From assembly GCF_963676685.1 (NCBI RefSeq), contig NC_092357.1:26660001-26724000 (forward strand): 64,000 nt of DNA, read 5' to 3'. The notes beneath the pieces were generated by a model, which worked only from the letters and a program-made list of their open reading frames with translations, ran no database searches and had not been told where the DNA came from. Source of the DNA: Mytilus edulis. Lineage: Eukaryota. The position numbers and the translations under genes were made by a program. Of the stretch, positions 1 to 13,900 are shown in pieces (the first letter of the stretch is position 1; each line of letters starts with the position of its first letter).

Positions 1-2432
1 TTTGGTTAAGACCAACCACGTACAGTTGATTGTTTTACGACAAACAATTCAAATAGAATTTTAAATTATCTCAAAGGAAATATTACAGTTTCTTTATACA
101 TTTCATATTCTGATTTCTTGAGGGAACACATAAAAGCACAATTAAAAGCGAAGTGTAATGAATGTTATGGTTTGGTTTTTGTATGCACAACCCTGTAAAT
201 AGAATTTAAGTGTTCGACGCAAACACGAATCAATCGCAAGGTTAATAGCCTTACGAAATATAAACTATTGTCCGTTCGAACATTTACTACTTCCAGCTGT
301 GTGGTCATTATAGTTTCTAGCACGAACACAAACTCCGAAATTAGCCAATCAAAATATTTTATTTGGTGGTTCAAGCACAACTAAGTAAAACTTTACGAAG
401 TGAACCCAAGTATTCACATGAGTTATGAACATATTTATACGTAGAGTGGTAGTATAGATCGAAGTAGTTTACAGATATTAAATGGCATTAACCCTTTAGA
501 AAGATATATATTATGGTTAAATTCGAATTTAAAAACTAGGGAAGAAACGCAAATGAAATATTTTTGCACCAATGAAAATATCGCTGACGTGTTTTGTATG
601 TATGCATCTATGATTATGTTTTATTTTGGGACGGCAACTATTAAAAATATTAAACGAAAATAATGTATACTTTACTCTTATTTTTCATTGGGTTATAATT
701 AGATGAAACATGCATTGACAAGTACATTTTGATGTCAGGAAGTGTGGTTGATTGTATGGGATAATATGAAAAGAAACTGGAAATAATCTATTGAAAGAAA
801 ACACGTATCTTTCAGTCATTCGACAAGATTTTCAATATCTAGAAAAAAACTCTGTTTATTAAAATAATATTACCACCCGTATTGTCATTGTTAATAAGTT
901 AACAATATAATAAACATTGTTGGGATACATATCCTTCAGAAACAAATCATATACAGGACGTAAATTAATTTGTTAGGGATGTATATCGTTGAAAAATGGT
1001 TAGTACAAATTGTATTTATTTGACAAAAGTGCAGGTATTTTTATATGTATTTGCTTCTGGATGATTTTGCATTAAACTATATATTACATGTAACATGTGT
1101 AATTATGTTCGCAATCTTAAAAATTCAACAAAACGTTAGAATTGTACAATTGTGATGTCGTTATTTTGATCGGTCTATATATTTTAAAAGTAATATTGTA
1201 TTAAGGTATCACATAACACAGATTTTTCCCACAAACGATATACAATGCAAAAATTTACACACAACATACCAGATTAAGAATTTCAACTGTGGTGTGTTGT
1301 CTGTAATAATTGAATATTTCATCAAATGTAAGGGTTGTAAAAACGTTCAGCATTTACGTATGCTTTAGTTTAGAGCACTAAGCAGTTTACGACATCAATG
1401 AAACCAACATGAAATCTGAGTCAACAAGCAATTTTACATTTGAAAAGCATATTCATCTTACACATTGACGGAAATGATAATCATGAGTGATATCACATCA
1501 GTCGAATAACTTCTCATAAACGATACAAAATGTTGCAAACAAGGTTCATGTTGTCTATTTGTGATAATATCAGGTATAACAAATTATTTAAAATGATCCG
1601 AAACTTCAGACATTATGGTTTATTTCTGATTGACTGTTGATACCGTTATCTCTATCAAAATCACCTGTCATAGATTATTCCAAAAATTACTTTGATTTGT
1701 TAAAAAACAAAAATATAGTATCATATTTGTAGTTAAAACAATAACGATTCATTTTATGAATGATATATTTTTTCGTGGAGAGATCAATTAGAGGTTTCTA
1801 AAAAAAAAGGGAAGTTATAAAAATACCAAACTCAAGACTAAATTAAAAAAACACAAAACAACTGACATGTTCCTGACTTGCAACATGCATTTTTTCTTAT
1901 GTATGAAATGGTTCATTAAATCTCGTCTGAAAGCTAGCTTATCCTCTCATCTTGTATAAAAGTCGCATACAATTCCGTTATATTGACAACCGTGAGTGAA
2001 TAGAACGAACAAACAGGCATAATACGTACACAGAGGCAACAGTAGGATACCGCAGTTATAAAGTCATAAATAGATTGAGAGAAAACAAATCAGGGTTACA
2101 AAATAAACCGAGATAAACCAATCAACTATAAGAGGAAAACAACGAAACAACAGAAACACTGATAATGCAAAACACATAAAAAAGAACTATAAGATAACAA
2201 CTGTCATTTTTTCCTGACTTGGTACATAACATTTAAAAAAAAAATAGTGAGTTGAACCTGGTTTAGAGGCTAGCCAAAACATCATGCTTTTACGACAATG
2301 CTAAATATAACATTAACATAACAACATGTCATAACAGGAATACCGTATAAATTAATGCAAGAACACTCAGAACAGAGAAATACATAAATAATGTAATACT
2401 ATATTTCGACATGCCTCAGTCTTTTTATCTGA

Positions 2433-2476
2433 ACGTCACTGATGAGTCTTATGTAGACCAAACGCGTGTCTGACGT
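2433..2476 (+). ncRNA. Degenerate minimal type I hammerhead ribozyme motif (repeat-borne)
   Basis: acgtca-CTGATGA-gtc ttatgta gac-CAAA-cgcgt-GTC-tgacgt. Stems I and II pair, but the conserved GAAA reads CAAA. Confidence 0.7.
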
Positions 2477-4841
2477 TTTAAATTACAAGCCTGTTACCTT
2501 TAATAACTACAACGAATTAAAACAAATACCTTAAATTAATTGAGGAAAGTATCAAAAAACAGCATAATATCATAACGAACTATGCGCAACAAGAATGCAT
2601 TTTTGAGGGTACAACTTCTATACGAGAATCGTCTTTTTGCATCGTCTATTGAAAGTCCAATACTGTATACATGATTTAGAACCCTTGTAAGAATTTTGCC
2701 AGGATCTCGAGTATGTAACCTATTTTGAATCAAAATTTTAGCACCTTTTCAACGTAAATACATAAATGGATTTCATTTTAGAATATCATAACTTTAACAT
2801 GTTCATAACTTGGAATATCTATTACCTGTCGTTTTTTTTAATCAGTTGAAGGTCGTATGTTGCATAATTATCTTTCAGTCTGGTGGATGTTCATTTGTAA
2901 TCACAAACCAATGTAATTTTAATTGTTTACTTTTTGACTGACAAAGATAAATTGTCTAATAAATACCAACCAACAGCTAACAACATGAACATACAATCAT
3001 TGAACTATACATACTTTCAAGTAAATAGAGTAAGCATTTTATTTTTTATTTTAATCAGAAATATGATTTGTCTATTTCCCTGCCGAAAAGATCAAGATCA
3101 TTTTCACTAAGGAGTATATTAACTGGAAGCGTAGGCGATAAATGATTAAGACCATGTACAATGCAATTCATTAAGTTACGGCTGAACAAGCTACATCAAA
3201 TTACATTTTATCTCGGAGGAAATATTACCGTTTTTTTCATACTTGTGATAATCGGATTTCTTGCGGGGATGAATGATCGTGGTCTATCCCTTGCATTAGT
3301 ATGGAAACTTCGAGAGGTATGAGACAAGTTGTACAACTTCTTATAAGCGTTATTAATATATAATACGCGTAAAATGTAGGAAAACGTTTCGTCTTATCTT
3401 TTTGCGATAATATCAGATATTAAACTTTATTTTGAAAGATCAGTAACGTAAAACTTCAAGAGGTATTCCTGATTGAATGCTGATGCAGTTATCTCTTATC
3501 TAAACCACCTGTCATGAATTATTCAGCAGATCACTTTGATTTGTTGAAAATAAAAATATTATAAAAATTTAGTTAAAAATATCACAAGTCTTGTCTATAA
3601 ATTATATAAAACAAAGTAAAATCTTAAAATTGTCCCTGTTGGAATCTATGTCAATGTATGTAGAGGTTCTTGATTATGGAATGATGTCCTTGATTAATCT
3701 ATATGTAAATAAAGAACTACAAAACCTACTTTACTACCGCTAATTGTCTATGTATAACATGTATGTATACTGCAAAGGAACATGGTACCTTATTTAGATC
3801 GTATGTAAACATGAACAAGTCTGACCAGGCAAATACGATTTTCTATCAATTTTACTGAAACGTTGTTAATGCTTTCAATTGTACACAAAGAGTGTTGTTA
3901 GACCAAAAACACGAACATTCACATTTACAAACGAACAAGCAAAAACATAAATGTTAGGGTCAACCGCATCTGTATTGGTTTCGTGTTAAAGGTCAAAATC
4001 TGTAATTGTTAGAATTTCTTGATGTTTCCGAAATGTTAAAGATTATTGAAGATATTTTCTGTAAAGCACGCACCAACTTATTGTTTTGTGATAGCGTACT
4101 AACGTGTTAGATAGAATTTGAAAGGATTGGAAAATTATTATAGAGTCCATCCTAATTCTGGTCAAGGATGTTCTTGTAAAAATCTGTACATTCAAATATG
4201 CCAAATATTGACACAGTTGCAATTGTCATCAATCTTTAGATAATAACAATTTTTACCAGTTAAAAAATTTAAAAAATCACTAGCAATTTATTTCCACTCT
4301 TACATGTCTTAGACTAAAAACTTGACTTGAAATACTGTTTTGAGATTGACGGACCTTTATTTAAAAAAATATCAACAGCGGTTAGGTGAAAAACTCAACA
4401 TTTTCACATATAAAGAGTAACCTACTTCTTTGTAAATATTCAACTTTATCTTTTTGAAAATGTCATCTATAATGATTGTTCTAGTTTTAATAAAAAAAAA
4501 AATTCTCAAAAAATATACAATGTTATCGTCTTCTTTACGTATTTCTTCTCAGTTTTATAAAGTCGTCATGAACATCATCTGATATATCTTGATTCTTGTC
4601 TCAGCCGATATGCAATAAGTTACATAATCTGGGCTCATTGATGTATAAAAGTGCAACGCAACTGTTACTTTAATATACGAAGACTTGATAATTATCGGAA
4701 ACAAGAACATTAATGTATACATTACGATTCATCAGAGGTTTAAACTTCTGTGCTTCTAATTACAATTGTTTCTACATTACATAATTGTTTTTGCAAATTT
4801 GTTTCTTTTTCATTTATAGGCTCACTTGAATCAAGGAATGA

Positions 4842-4928
4842 ATGGCGTTTTTAAGTAACATGACAATTCAAATTAATAGGAGTAACGCTGGGAGTGAAAC
4901 AGCGACAACGGACACACTCGAATCTCAG
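4842..4928 (+). CDS. GPCR coding exon 1 (extracellular N-terminus MAFLSNMTIQINRSNAGSETATTDTLESQ)
   Basis: Acceptor tttatag at 4813-4819, ATG at 4842, donor CAG|GTAATC at 4929. Phase 0 fits exon 2; two N-glycosylation sequons. Confidence 0.75.
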
Positions 4929-7900
4929 GTAATCCATTATATTTATATTTGAGCAAGTAATTGTTAGCCTCATGCAACTAATACAATAAGTCATAATTTT
5001 CATTCATCATAGTCTGTAATTCAGCGGTTTTCATTTGTAACTGTTTAAAGACCAAACAGCCTATTGTTTATGCGCATCAGCTAACGCAACTTGGTAGTGA
5101 CATAAAAGCTCTATGACGTTGTTTCTAGCAATGAAAAAACGTCAAATTATAACGTCCAATTTCGCGTTTTTCACGGATTCTAACATGGTGTACGCTACGT
5201 ACAAAATGTAGGTACGCTACGTCTCCCAAGAAAAGAGGAACTATTATGCGTCGCGCTACTTTAACATCCTGTGTGTACCGGTAAGGTAAAAGGTTTTTTT
5301 TGCCCGATTTATGGGCATTATGTTTTCTGGTCTGTGCGTCCGTTCGTTCGTCCGTCCGTCTGTCCCGCTTCAGGTTAAAGTTTTTGGTTGCAGTTTTTTG
5401 TCAAGGTAGTTTTTGACGAAGTTGAAGTCATATCAACTTAAAACTTAGTAAACATGTTCCTTATGCAATGATCCTTTTAATTTTAGTGTCAATTTTTCAA
5501 AAATTAAAAAAAATGAGTATTCACAAGGTTAGGCCCATAATCAAATATTCCTAAAAGTTTTGACATACTGGCAACATGTGCATGTAACTGATGTCTGGAT
5601 GATTCTCGTAAAATAATATCCGATCTTGCAATGAAGTTAAAATTTATTTATACTGCTTATTTGACAAAATCTTATAGTAAAAATAAAATAAAATGATAAC
5701 AAAGGGTCATTTTTGTTTGTCATTTGTTTCATTTCAAATTGTCTTAAGGAGAAATGATAAACATATTGTCTAATCTCACTGAAGATTACAGCTAATTTTC
5801 TAATGTATGTAGATCAACACTTTGGTTTCCTGCTTGCTTTGTTTGTATATTCTGTATAATTATATTTTGATAACGTCCAATTCAATTAAATAGCATGTAT
5901 ACAGGTTTACATACCTATATATAAAGATGTCAATCTTAATAACAGAGCTTGAGTAAACATTTATTAAGGAAGCCAACCAAAGTTTCACCCTACATGCACT
6001 AGGAATTTAGCTGTAAGGCAAAAAGTATTAATAAAACTAATACTCAGCGAATGTGAATGTGAATTAAAATCAAAATTTTCGGTGTTTAAAACTAAATTGT
6101 TGTAAGTTTAACTTATGACAAAAACAATTGCTCCAAGAATAATATCTTAAATAAAATCGCTCCCTTTCATTTAGCTACAACTGTGACCGGAAAGATTGAA
6201 AACAAATTTCGATTTTCAATGCCGGCAACAACCTTTTCTTTGTTTTAATTTCCAAAATGAGCAATTCAGATTTATTATATTTTATCCTGTTGGAGAAATC
6301 TTACTTTGTAGTTTTCAACGGAAAATTATTTCTAAATTAATTTTTGAATCAAAAACTTTTTGTAATTTATATTTACTGTCTCGTTTATTGAAAATACATG
6401 AGGTAGTAATAAAAGGATTGTATTTTAAGATAGATGTATAACGTTTTGGAATCAAAAATGTCATTCATATATTATACCTATAATTTTTATTTCCTAATAT
6501 CTTAATTATTCTAAAATAATAAATTCACAAACTCGATGCAATAATTTCTAAACGTTCGTCCTAGGTCGGCAAAAATAATGGTAAAAAGAACTCCGTCCAT
6601 GCTATTGGATGTCCGTCTTTCAACAGTACCGAATGAGTTCGTTACGGCAATCTTCTGAAATTGACGCGAAAAAGAAACAAGCACATCTAGTCTGGTATAG
6701 TCAAATACTCTGTAAGTTAACCAGTGCCATCTTTCATTTCTTTTTTTATTTTCAATCATTTTGCTTATGTAGGACAGAGGACAAAGACATGCTTTCCTAA
6801 CAAATTAAGCGGCGTGAAAGGTTATTTTAAACAATTTTCCATTCCGACGGATGGTGTTTCTGAAGGTTAATATTGTGCGGCAACATCGTAAGATCTGATA
6901 CTGACACATGCATTTAATCTCTTGTATTACCGGATAATAAAGTAGGTGAATATAGTTGTCATTCTTGGAAATTTAAATGTAGGTTTTAAACGTCCAATTA
7001 ATTGCGATTTTTTTTCTTCAAATAGTGCGCCAGCAAGGAAAGTTTGTACTATGACGTCAGATGCAATGTTCTGAAGAAAGACAACTCTTTACTTCAAAAT
7101 GAACGAGAAAAAAACATGAAAATTACTTATAACTTTTTTGAAAGGTCGGTGACATACGCTTTTTATTGCTTTATTTTGAAGAGTACACATGGCACTTTCC
7201 TTCTTGAAATTATTATGAAGAAATCACTGGTAGATATTTTTTAATACTGGAAACGTTTTTCATTTTTACGTTTTATTTTTGGCGGGAATGAAATAAATCA
7301 TATTTTTAAAGATCAAAACAATACGAGTCTAAAACTCTTGAACCTGTATTTGATAGATACAAATCTACTGTTTAACGTGAAACAAGAATTATGCTTGTAG
7401 GCTTGATATAAAGTATTTTTTGGAGAGTTTATATAACAAGCACATATTATGTTAATATTCGGGAAAACACGAAACTGAGGTTGCTATAGCGACAAAACTA
7501 AGTCGGTGACCCCCGATTTTTTTCATCATATTTTGTTCCTCAAATCATGAAATACCTTCACACAAAATTTTAAGGAAAAAATCACTGGTAGAAATGAATA
7601 GGCTGTTTGGTCTTTAATATATTTTTTCGTTCACATTTTTGTACATTATTTAGACCGTTAATATCCTTGTTTGAATTGATTTATATATTTCATTCAGGCG
7701 CCTTTTAAAGCTGGAAATGCGGTTTGGCTTTGATCATCGTTAAACTTCGTACGGTGAATTAAACATGCTAGACTTGTAAAATACTGTGTCATTTGATCTA
7801 TTGTGAAGAGTTGTCCAATTGGCAATCTTACCGCGTCTTTTTTTATATTTCCAGTTATTCATAGCAATATATTTGTTAAGCCTGTATATTGGATACTTAT

Positions 7901-10900
7901 CTCTCATATTCCAGTTTTTTTATTATAATTTCATTGATAGAGTCTTGATGTTCTAATGGAAGTTGTTTGACCATTTCTGAATATTTGTTTCCCATACGAC
8001 GACGACCGATATGAAATGATATGACTGTAATAGTTTTATGTCTATGAAGAAATAATATACAAAAATGTGTTTGTGCACACTGAATAACCCGCGGTGCGGG
8101 TTATTTTAAAGTGAGCATCACAATTTTTTTTCTAATATTTCGAATTCCATTTTAAGACAGAGAAAATAAAAAAAAAACGTTGGCGACGTCACGGTCGCTT
8201 TACACAATTATGTCTTTGAACTGATGGACAAAACACTGTCAGCCAATCAGAAGACGTGTTACATCTAAAGTGAAATTATGTTCCAATTGTATAAACCACA
8301 TTTCCGTGTTCTGCTTTCTACATGTAAAGCCAATATATAAGAGTCATTTCCGGGTTTCCATTGAATTGTCTGTTTGTTTTCAACATTTGAGATTGTATGT
8401 TTACTTCTCTTATACAAAAATTGACATTATTTATATTGCAATCTTTGGGAAATCTTAAGAAAGTTTTCTTAATAAAGGAATCAAAAGAGCGAAACAAATA
8501 TATAGGTAAATGTGCTTGTTTTCGAGATATTAGCATTGACATTTTTGCTGGAAAATACTCTCTTTTGACTTTTTATAGCTTTATCATTGACAAGTTGAAA
8601 ATTCAAAAACTTTTAAATAATATTGAAAATTTGATAAGACTTTAACAGATGGCTTATCATTATACATGTCAAAAATTTATAAAAATAAAAAAAGGGGTCA
8701 ATAGGCAATTTATTTTTAATGCATTCAAAAGGATAAAACCAAATGCTTTCGAAAATCTGACAAAAATCCAAAAAACTTGACAAGCAAACTTCCTTAAAAT
8801 AATGAAAATCGTGTAATGACTCAGTCAGTTAAACAATATTTATTATTGTCAATTAATTTATTACAGGGTCTCAAATGGATTTCCTTGGTCATTCTCCTTG
8901 GAATAATATTGTTTAATCTTTTGGTTGTGGTTCTACTGATTTTAAGAAATTCTAAATCAAGAATGCGATTTTTCGTAACAAACCTAGCTATAGCAGGTAA
9001 GACTAATATAGATCTAAAATGTAACAATTCAGAACCGATACACTTAACATGAAAACATCATTCAGAGACATGTTTGGCTTTTATGGAATGATCCCACTGT
9101 TTTCTATGATGAGTCGTTGTAAAGCCACCAGCTCGAAACCACTGTTGCTAAACGAAATCGAGATGATATATCCAATTTGTAAGTCAGGACTTTAATATTG
9201 ATATGAAACATATTAAGTGTAGACAGTCCTATTTAATTGATTATTTATTCTACGTAAAAACTATCCTAAACACTAATTTTCACATTTAAGCCTATATATT
9301 ATAATAACTATTTACACCACTGGGTCAATTCCACTGCTTGTGGACGTTTCGTCCCCGAGGGTATCACCAGCCCAGTAGTCAACATTTCGGTGTTGATATG
9401 AATAGCAATAATGTGGTCATTTTTATAAATTTCCTGTTTTACAAAAGTTTGAATTTTTCGAAAAACTAAGGATTTTCTTATCCCAGGCATAGATTACCTT
9501 AGCCGTATTTGGCACCACATTTGGACTTTAGGATCTTCAATACTCTTCAACTTTGTACTTGTTTGGTTTTATAAATATTTTGATATGAGTGTCACTGGTG
9601 AGTCTTATGGAGACGCAAGACGGGCCTGGTGTACTAAATCATAATCCTGGTAGCTTTGATAACTGATTAGATCTAGAACAACTCTGTATTTGGCAAAGCT
9701 TTTAACCTGTCTTGATTTGATAGACTAAAAATGCGTACCTACATATAAGCATTATTATTATCTTTCAAGAGTGTTGAATAAGCCGGAAGAATATTTTCAA
9801 ATTTGTTCATTACGCTCAAATAACAATCACAAATCCTTCCAACAATTTAGTTTAGATTTTTATTTTTATAAATCTAAGTATTTGCTCATCCAAGATATAT
9901 CAAAACCTATTTGGTTTGACTTTTTTATCCAGAAGAAAGAAAGAAATAATAGATTACTATTATGGTTAAGTCATAAATGAAATATTTCATCTCAGAAAAT
10001 TTGGATAGTGTATACAACAGATTTCTTAAGTGCAAATACGATGTCAATTGATTAATATATGATGGCCTTTTATCATTTCTGCCAAGAAATACATTCATTG
10101 AATACTGAGGTGATTATGGCAAGTATGCAATACGAAAAATCATTGAGAACTATTTAAAAATATAAATGTTGAAGAATTAGATCTGGTGTTTACCTCATGC
10201 TTAGAAAGTAGCTATGATATACCTATATAATATCTTAAAGATGATATTGCAAGAATTTGCCAAACAAGTGTTTGTTTTGGATAGTGAAATGTCGAGAGGT
10301 TACAGAAACACGTGGTTCCATAGCGTAAAAAAGCTGCTGGACAATGCAATATTTAACATCTAACTGACAACGACTCCGGTATCTCAACAAGATTCATCCA
10401 AGACTCTGTGAAAAGTAAACTTGTAGCAGACTTCAAAGAAAAGTGTTTTAACGAAATAAACAATATGCCAAATTTGAGGACATATACACATTAAAAAACC
10501 GAATGTTTTATCTAGCCGTAAGTACAGAAGCATTTATCAAGGACACAAAGATATGCAATCGCTAGTTTTCACTGTGATGCTTTCCACACTAGAAGTCGAA
10601 CGAGGACGCTATAGAAACAATCCAATCGCACAACGAGAAGGTAAAATGTGCAATTTTGTGTATATTGAAGATGAGCAACACTTCATCTCATTATGTGATC
10701 GTTACTCGGTTTTAAGAAACAAACTATTTATTGCAATACCACCAGTCAGATTCTGCTTATCCTCTACGCACACACGAACTTCCCCCATATGCTGCATTAA
10801 ATGAACTATTATAGAACACCAACAAATGTATATGGTATATATAGTGAAGATGATGTTTCCTGTTGGCCTGATGCACCACGTTTAGGAAGTTTTTTTTTCA

Positions 10901-13900
10901 AATTGCTTAAGGGTTCATATGATTTTTTCCAAAGTAATATACTATCTAAATGCAGATAGCTCAAGTGATGTAAGCAATAATTCTTCCTCTGAAACAAAGC
11001 TAGGACTGACAATGTTTGTTAGAATAAACAATCTACTTTATCGCGCTGTTTGGTATGTACTAGATGATTTACTATACTGAGAGACGGAACGATTCGTCGT
11101 TATCGATTTTTAAATTGCAAATTGAAATTTCCTTAAAACTATATAAAAAAAGAAGATGTGGTATGATTGCTAACGAGACAACTATCCACAAAAGACCAAA
11201 ATGACACAGACATTAACAACTATAGGTCACCGTACGTCCTTCAACATGAGCAAAGCCCATACCGCGTAGTCAACTATAAAATGCCCCGATAAGACATTGT
11301 AAAACAATTCAAACGAAAAAAATAACGGTCGTATTTATGTAAAAAAAAACAATGAACGAAAAACAAATATGTAACACATAAACAAACGACAACCACTGAA
11401 TTATAGGCTCCTGACTTGGGACAGGCACATACATAAATAATGTGGCGGGGGTTAAACATGTTACCGGGATCCCAACACTGGGACAGTGGTATAACTGTAC
11501 AACATAAGAACGAACTATAAAAATCAGTTGAAAAAGGCTTAACTCATCAGATGGACAAAAGACAAGTGGACGTGGCCCGGTATGTCATGTTTCTAACAAT
11601 ATTATTGTCATATGAAAAACAACAAACGGGATATTGAATGACTCAAAGACCCTGAGTATCGTCTTCAAATAGTTGGTGCAATTTAAAATACATTTTCTCT
11701 TATATCATTGAATAAAAAGTAAAATCACAAAAATACTGAACTCCGAGGAAAATTAAAAAAGGAAAGTACAAAAGCATTTATCAAGGACACACATATCTGC
11801 AATTCACTGTGATGCTTTCCACACTAGAAGTCGAACGAGGACGCTATAGACACAATTGAATCGCACAACGAGGAGGTAAAATGTGCAATTCTATGTCTAT
11901 TGAAGATGAGCAACACGTCATCTTATTATGTGATCGTTACTCGGTTTTAAGAAATAAACTATTTATTGCAATACCACCAGTCAGATTCTGCTTATCCCTT
12001 ACGCACACACGAACTTTCCCAATATGCTGCATTAAACGAATTGTTATATAATAACAACAAATGTATAGCGGACTTTGTCTTGGATTGTGATCGTATCCGA
12101 AGAAAATTCTAAAACGATTTTATTTAAACTGTTGAATTTTCTAATTATTCAGACATTTGTCCAAAACTATTTGTTATCTTTTTTTCAAACTTTTCAGTTT
12201 CAGAAGTTAACTGTGGTCGAAGTTCACTTTGGCACAAGCAGTCCTACACACAATTAAACTGATGAACAGGTCTGCAATCAAAATTCAAATCAGACCTGTA
12301 CTTATAAAAGTTAACTTTGCTTTGGTCTATAATGAAGTAAATATGATCCAAAGTTAACTTCGATCTGCATTGCTCATCTAAGATCAATTTAACTTGATCC
12401 CAAGTGAACTTTGATATGGTATGTTCCTCAAACATAAAGTGAACACGATCCATAGTTGACTTGTAAACAGGACTGCTGTGATTGATGAATGTCATATGAG
12501 TATCTATTTCAGATTAGTGAAAATTATACAATATTTGTCTTTTTTTATGTGAAAACAAATATCAACTTACATTGTACCACCAGTAAAATCTGTAAAATAA
12601 CACATTTGTCCCAAGTTCTTGTCATGTCAAGCATACCTGTTCACAGGTCTAGTCTGGTCAAGTAGATTGCCCAAAGGTCTAGTCTGGTCCGGTCAATCAG
12701 GCCTGTTCACAGGTCTGTTCTGGTCAAGTAGACCTGTACACAGGTCTAGTTTGGTCAAGCTGACCTGTTCGGAGGTCTGCTCTGGTTAATCTGACCTTTT
12801 CGCAGGTCTGGTCTGGTCAAACTTGTCCTCAGGCCTGATCTGCAGCAGTCCATAAAAAGCAGACCTGAGGTCTGGTCTGCTATGGGTAAGGTTAACCGAC
12901 AGTTCTGCTAAAATGTTTCCAAGTTAACTTGTAGAGTTGTCCTAAGGACTGCTTTAAGTGAACGTATGTACATGTAAGGACTGCTCATATCTGTAGTAAG
13001 AACAAAACAATTGACAGAAGACACGAAAGAATAAATAAAATATAATTAACCTCATATAAAACCAGATTGTAACGAAAGGGTACACTGTAATTGAAATTAA
13101 TAAAATGATTGAATTCGAACCTGTAAACATTAATACAGTCACAAAATATCAACCAACAACAATATATGTATATCAAAATTTGTTACAAGAAAACACAACT
13201 GAATGACAGAAAACCAATTCACAAAAAGAAAAAAAGTTGCACACTAAGACACACTAGACAAATTTTAATACTTTTTTATATTTTTCTTTTTCAGATTTAT
13301 GTGTAGGGGTATTTTTTGTACTACCTGAAACTTTATTCAATTGGTTTGATGTTCCATGGAATCCCTTTGTGTGCTATATCTACTATGTGTATTTCTCAAT
13401 GGTTCCTTTTTATGTGTCAACATATGCAATTGTTGTTTTGTCACTTGACCGTGCATATGTTGTTGTTAAACCTTTGGCAACTGCTTCTAAAGGGAAGCTA
13501 TACAGATATGGACTGACGTTGTCAGCATGGGTTATTGGATGTGTCCTTGTAATTCCATACGGAGTGTTTGGTACATACAGCGAAGAAGTTGTTACCTGCT
13601 GGCATGATGCGCCAAGATTAGTAAGGTTTTTTTCTAAATTGCTAAAGGCTGGATACGATTTTTTCCGAAGTAATATACTATCTAAATATAGATAGTTGAG
13701 GAGATGAACGATACAATTTTACCTCTCAAAACAAAGTTAGGACTGACAATGTGTTTGAGGATAACATATCTGCTTTTGCGCCTTCTCTTGTATGTAATAT
13801 TTGATTTACTATATTGAAAGACGGAATTATCTGTCTTTACCGTTTTTTAAATTGTCAATTGAAATTTCCTTACAATTATCATGTTATGTTTCTAACAGTA

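Noticed and set aside
6511-6800. ORFs inside the 5049-7613 element as a transposase or THAP gene
   Set aside because: No recognisable catalytic or zinc-finger motif in any frame I read.
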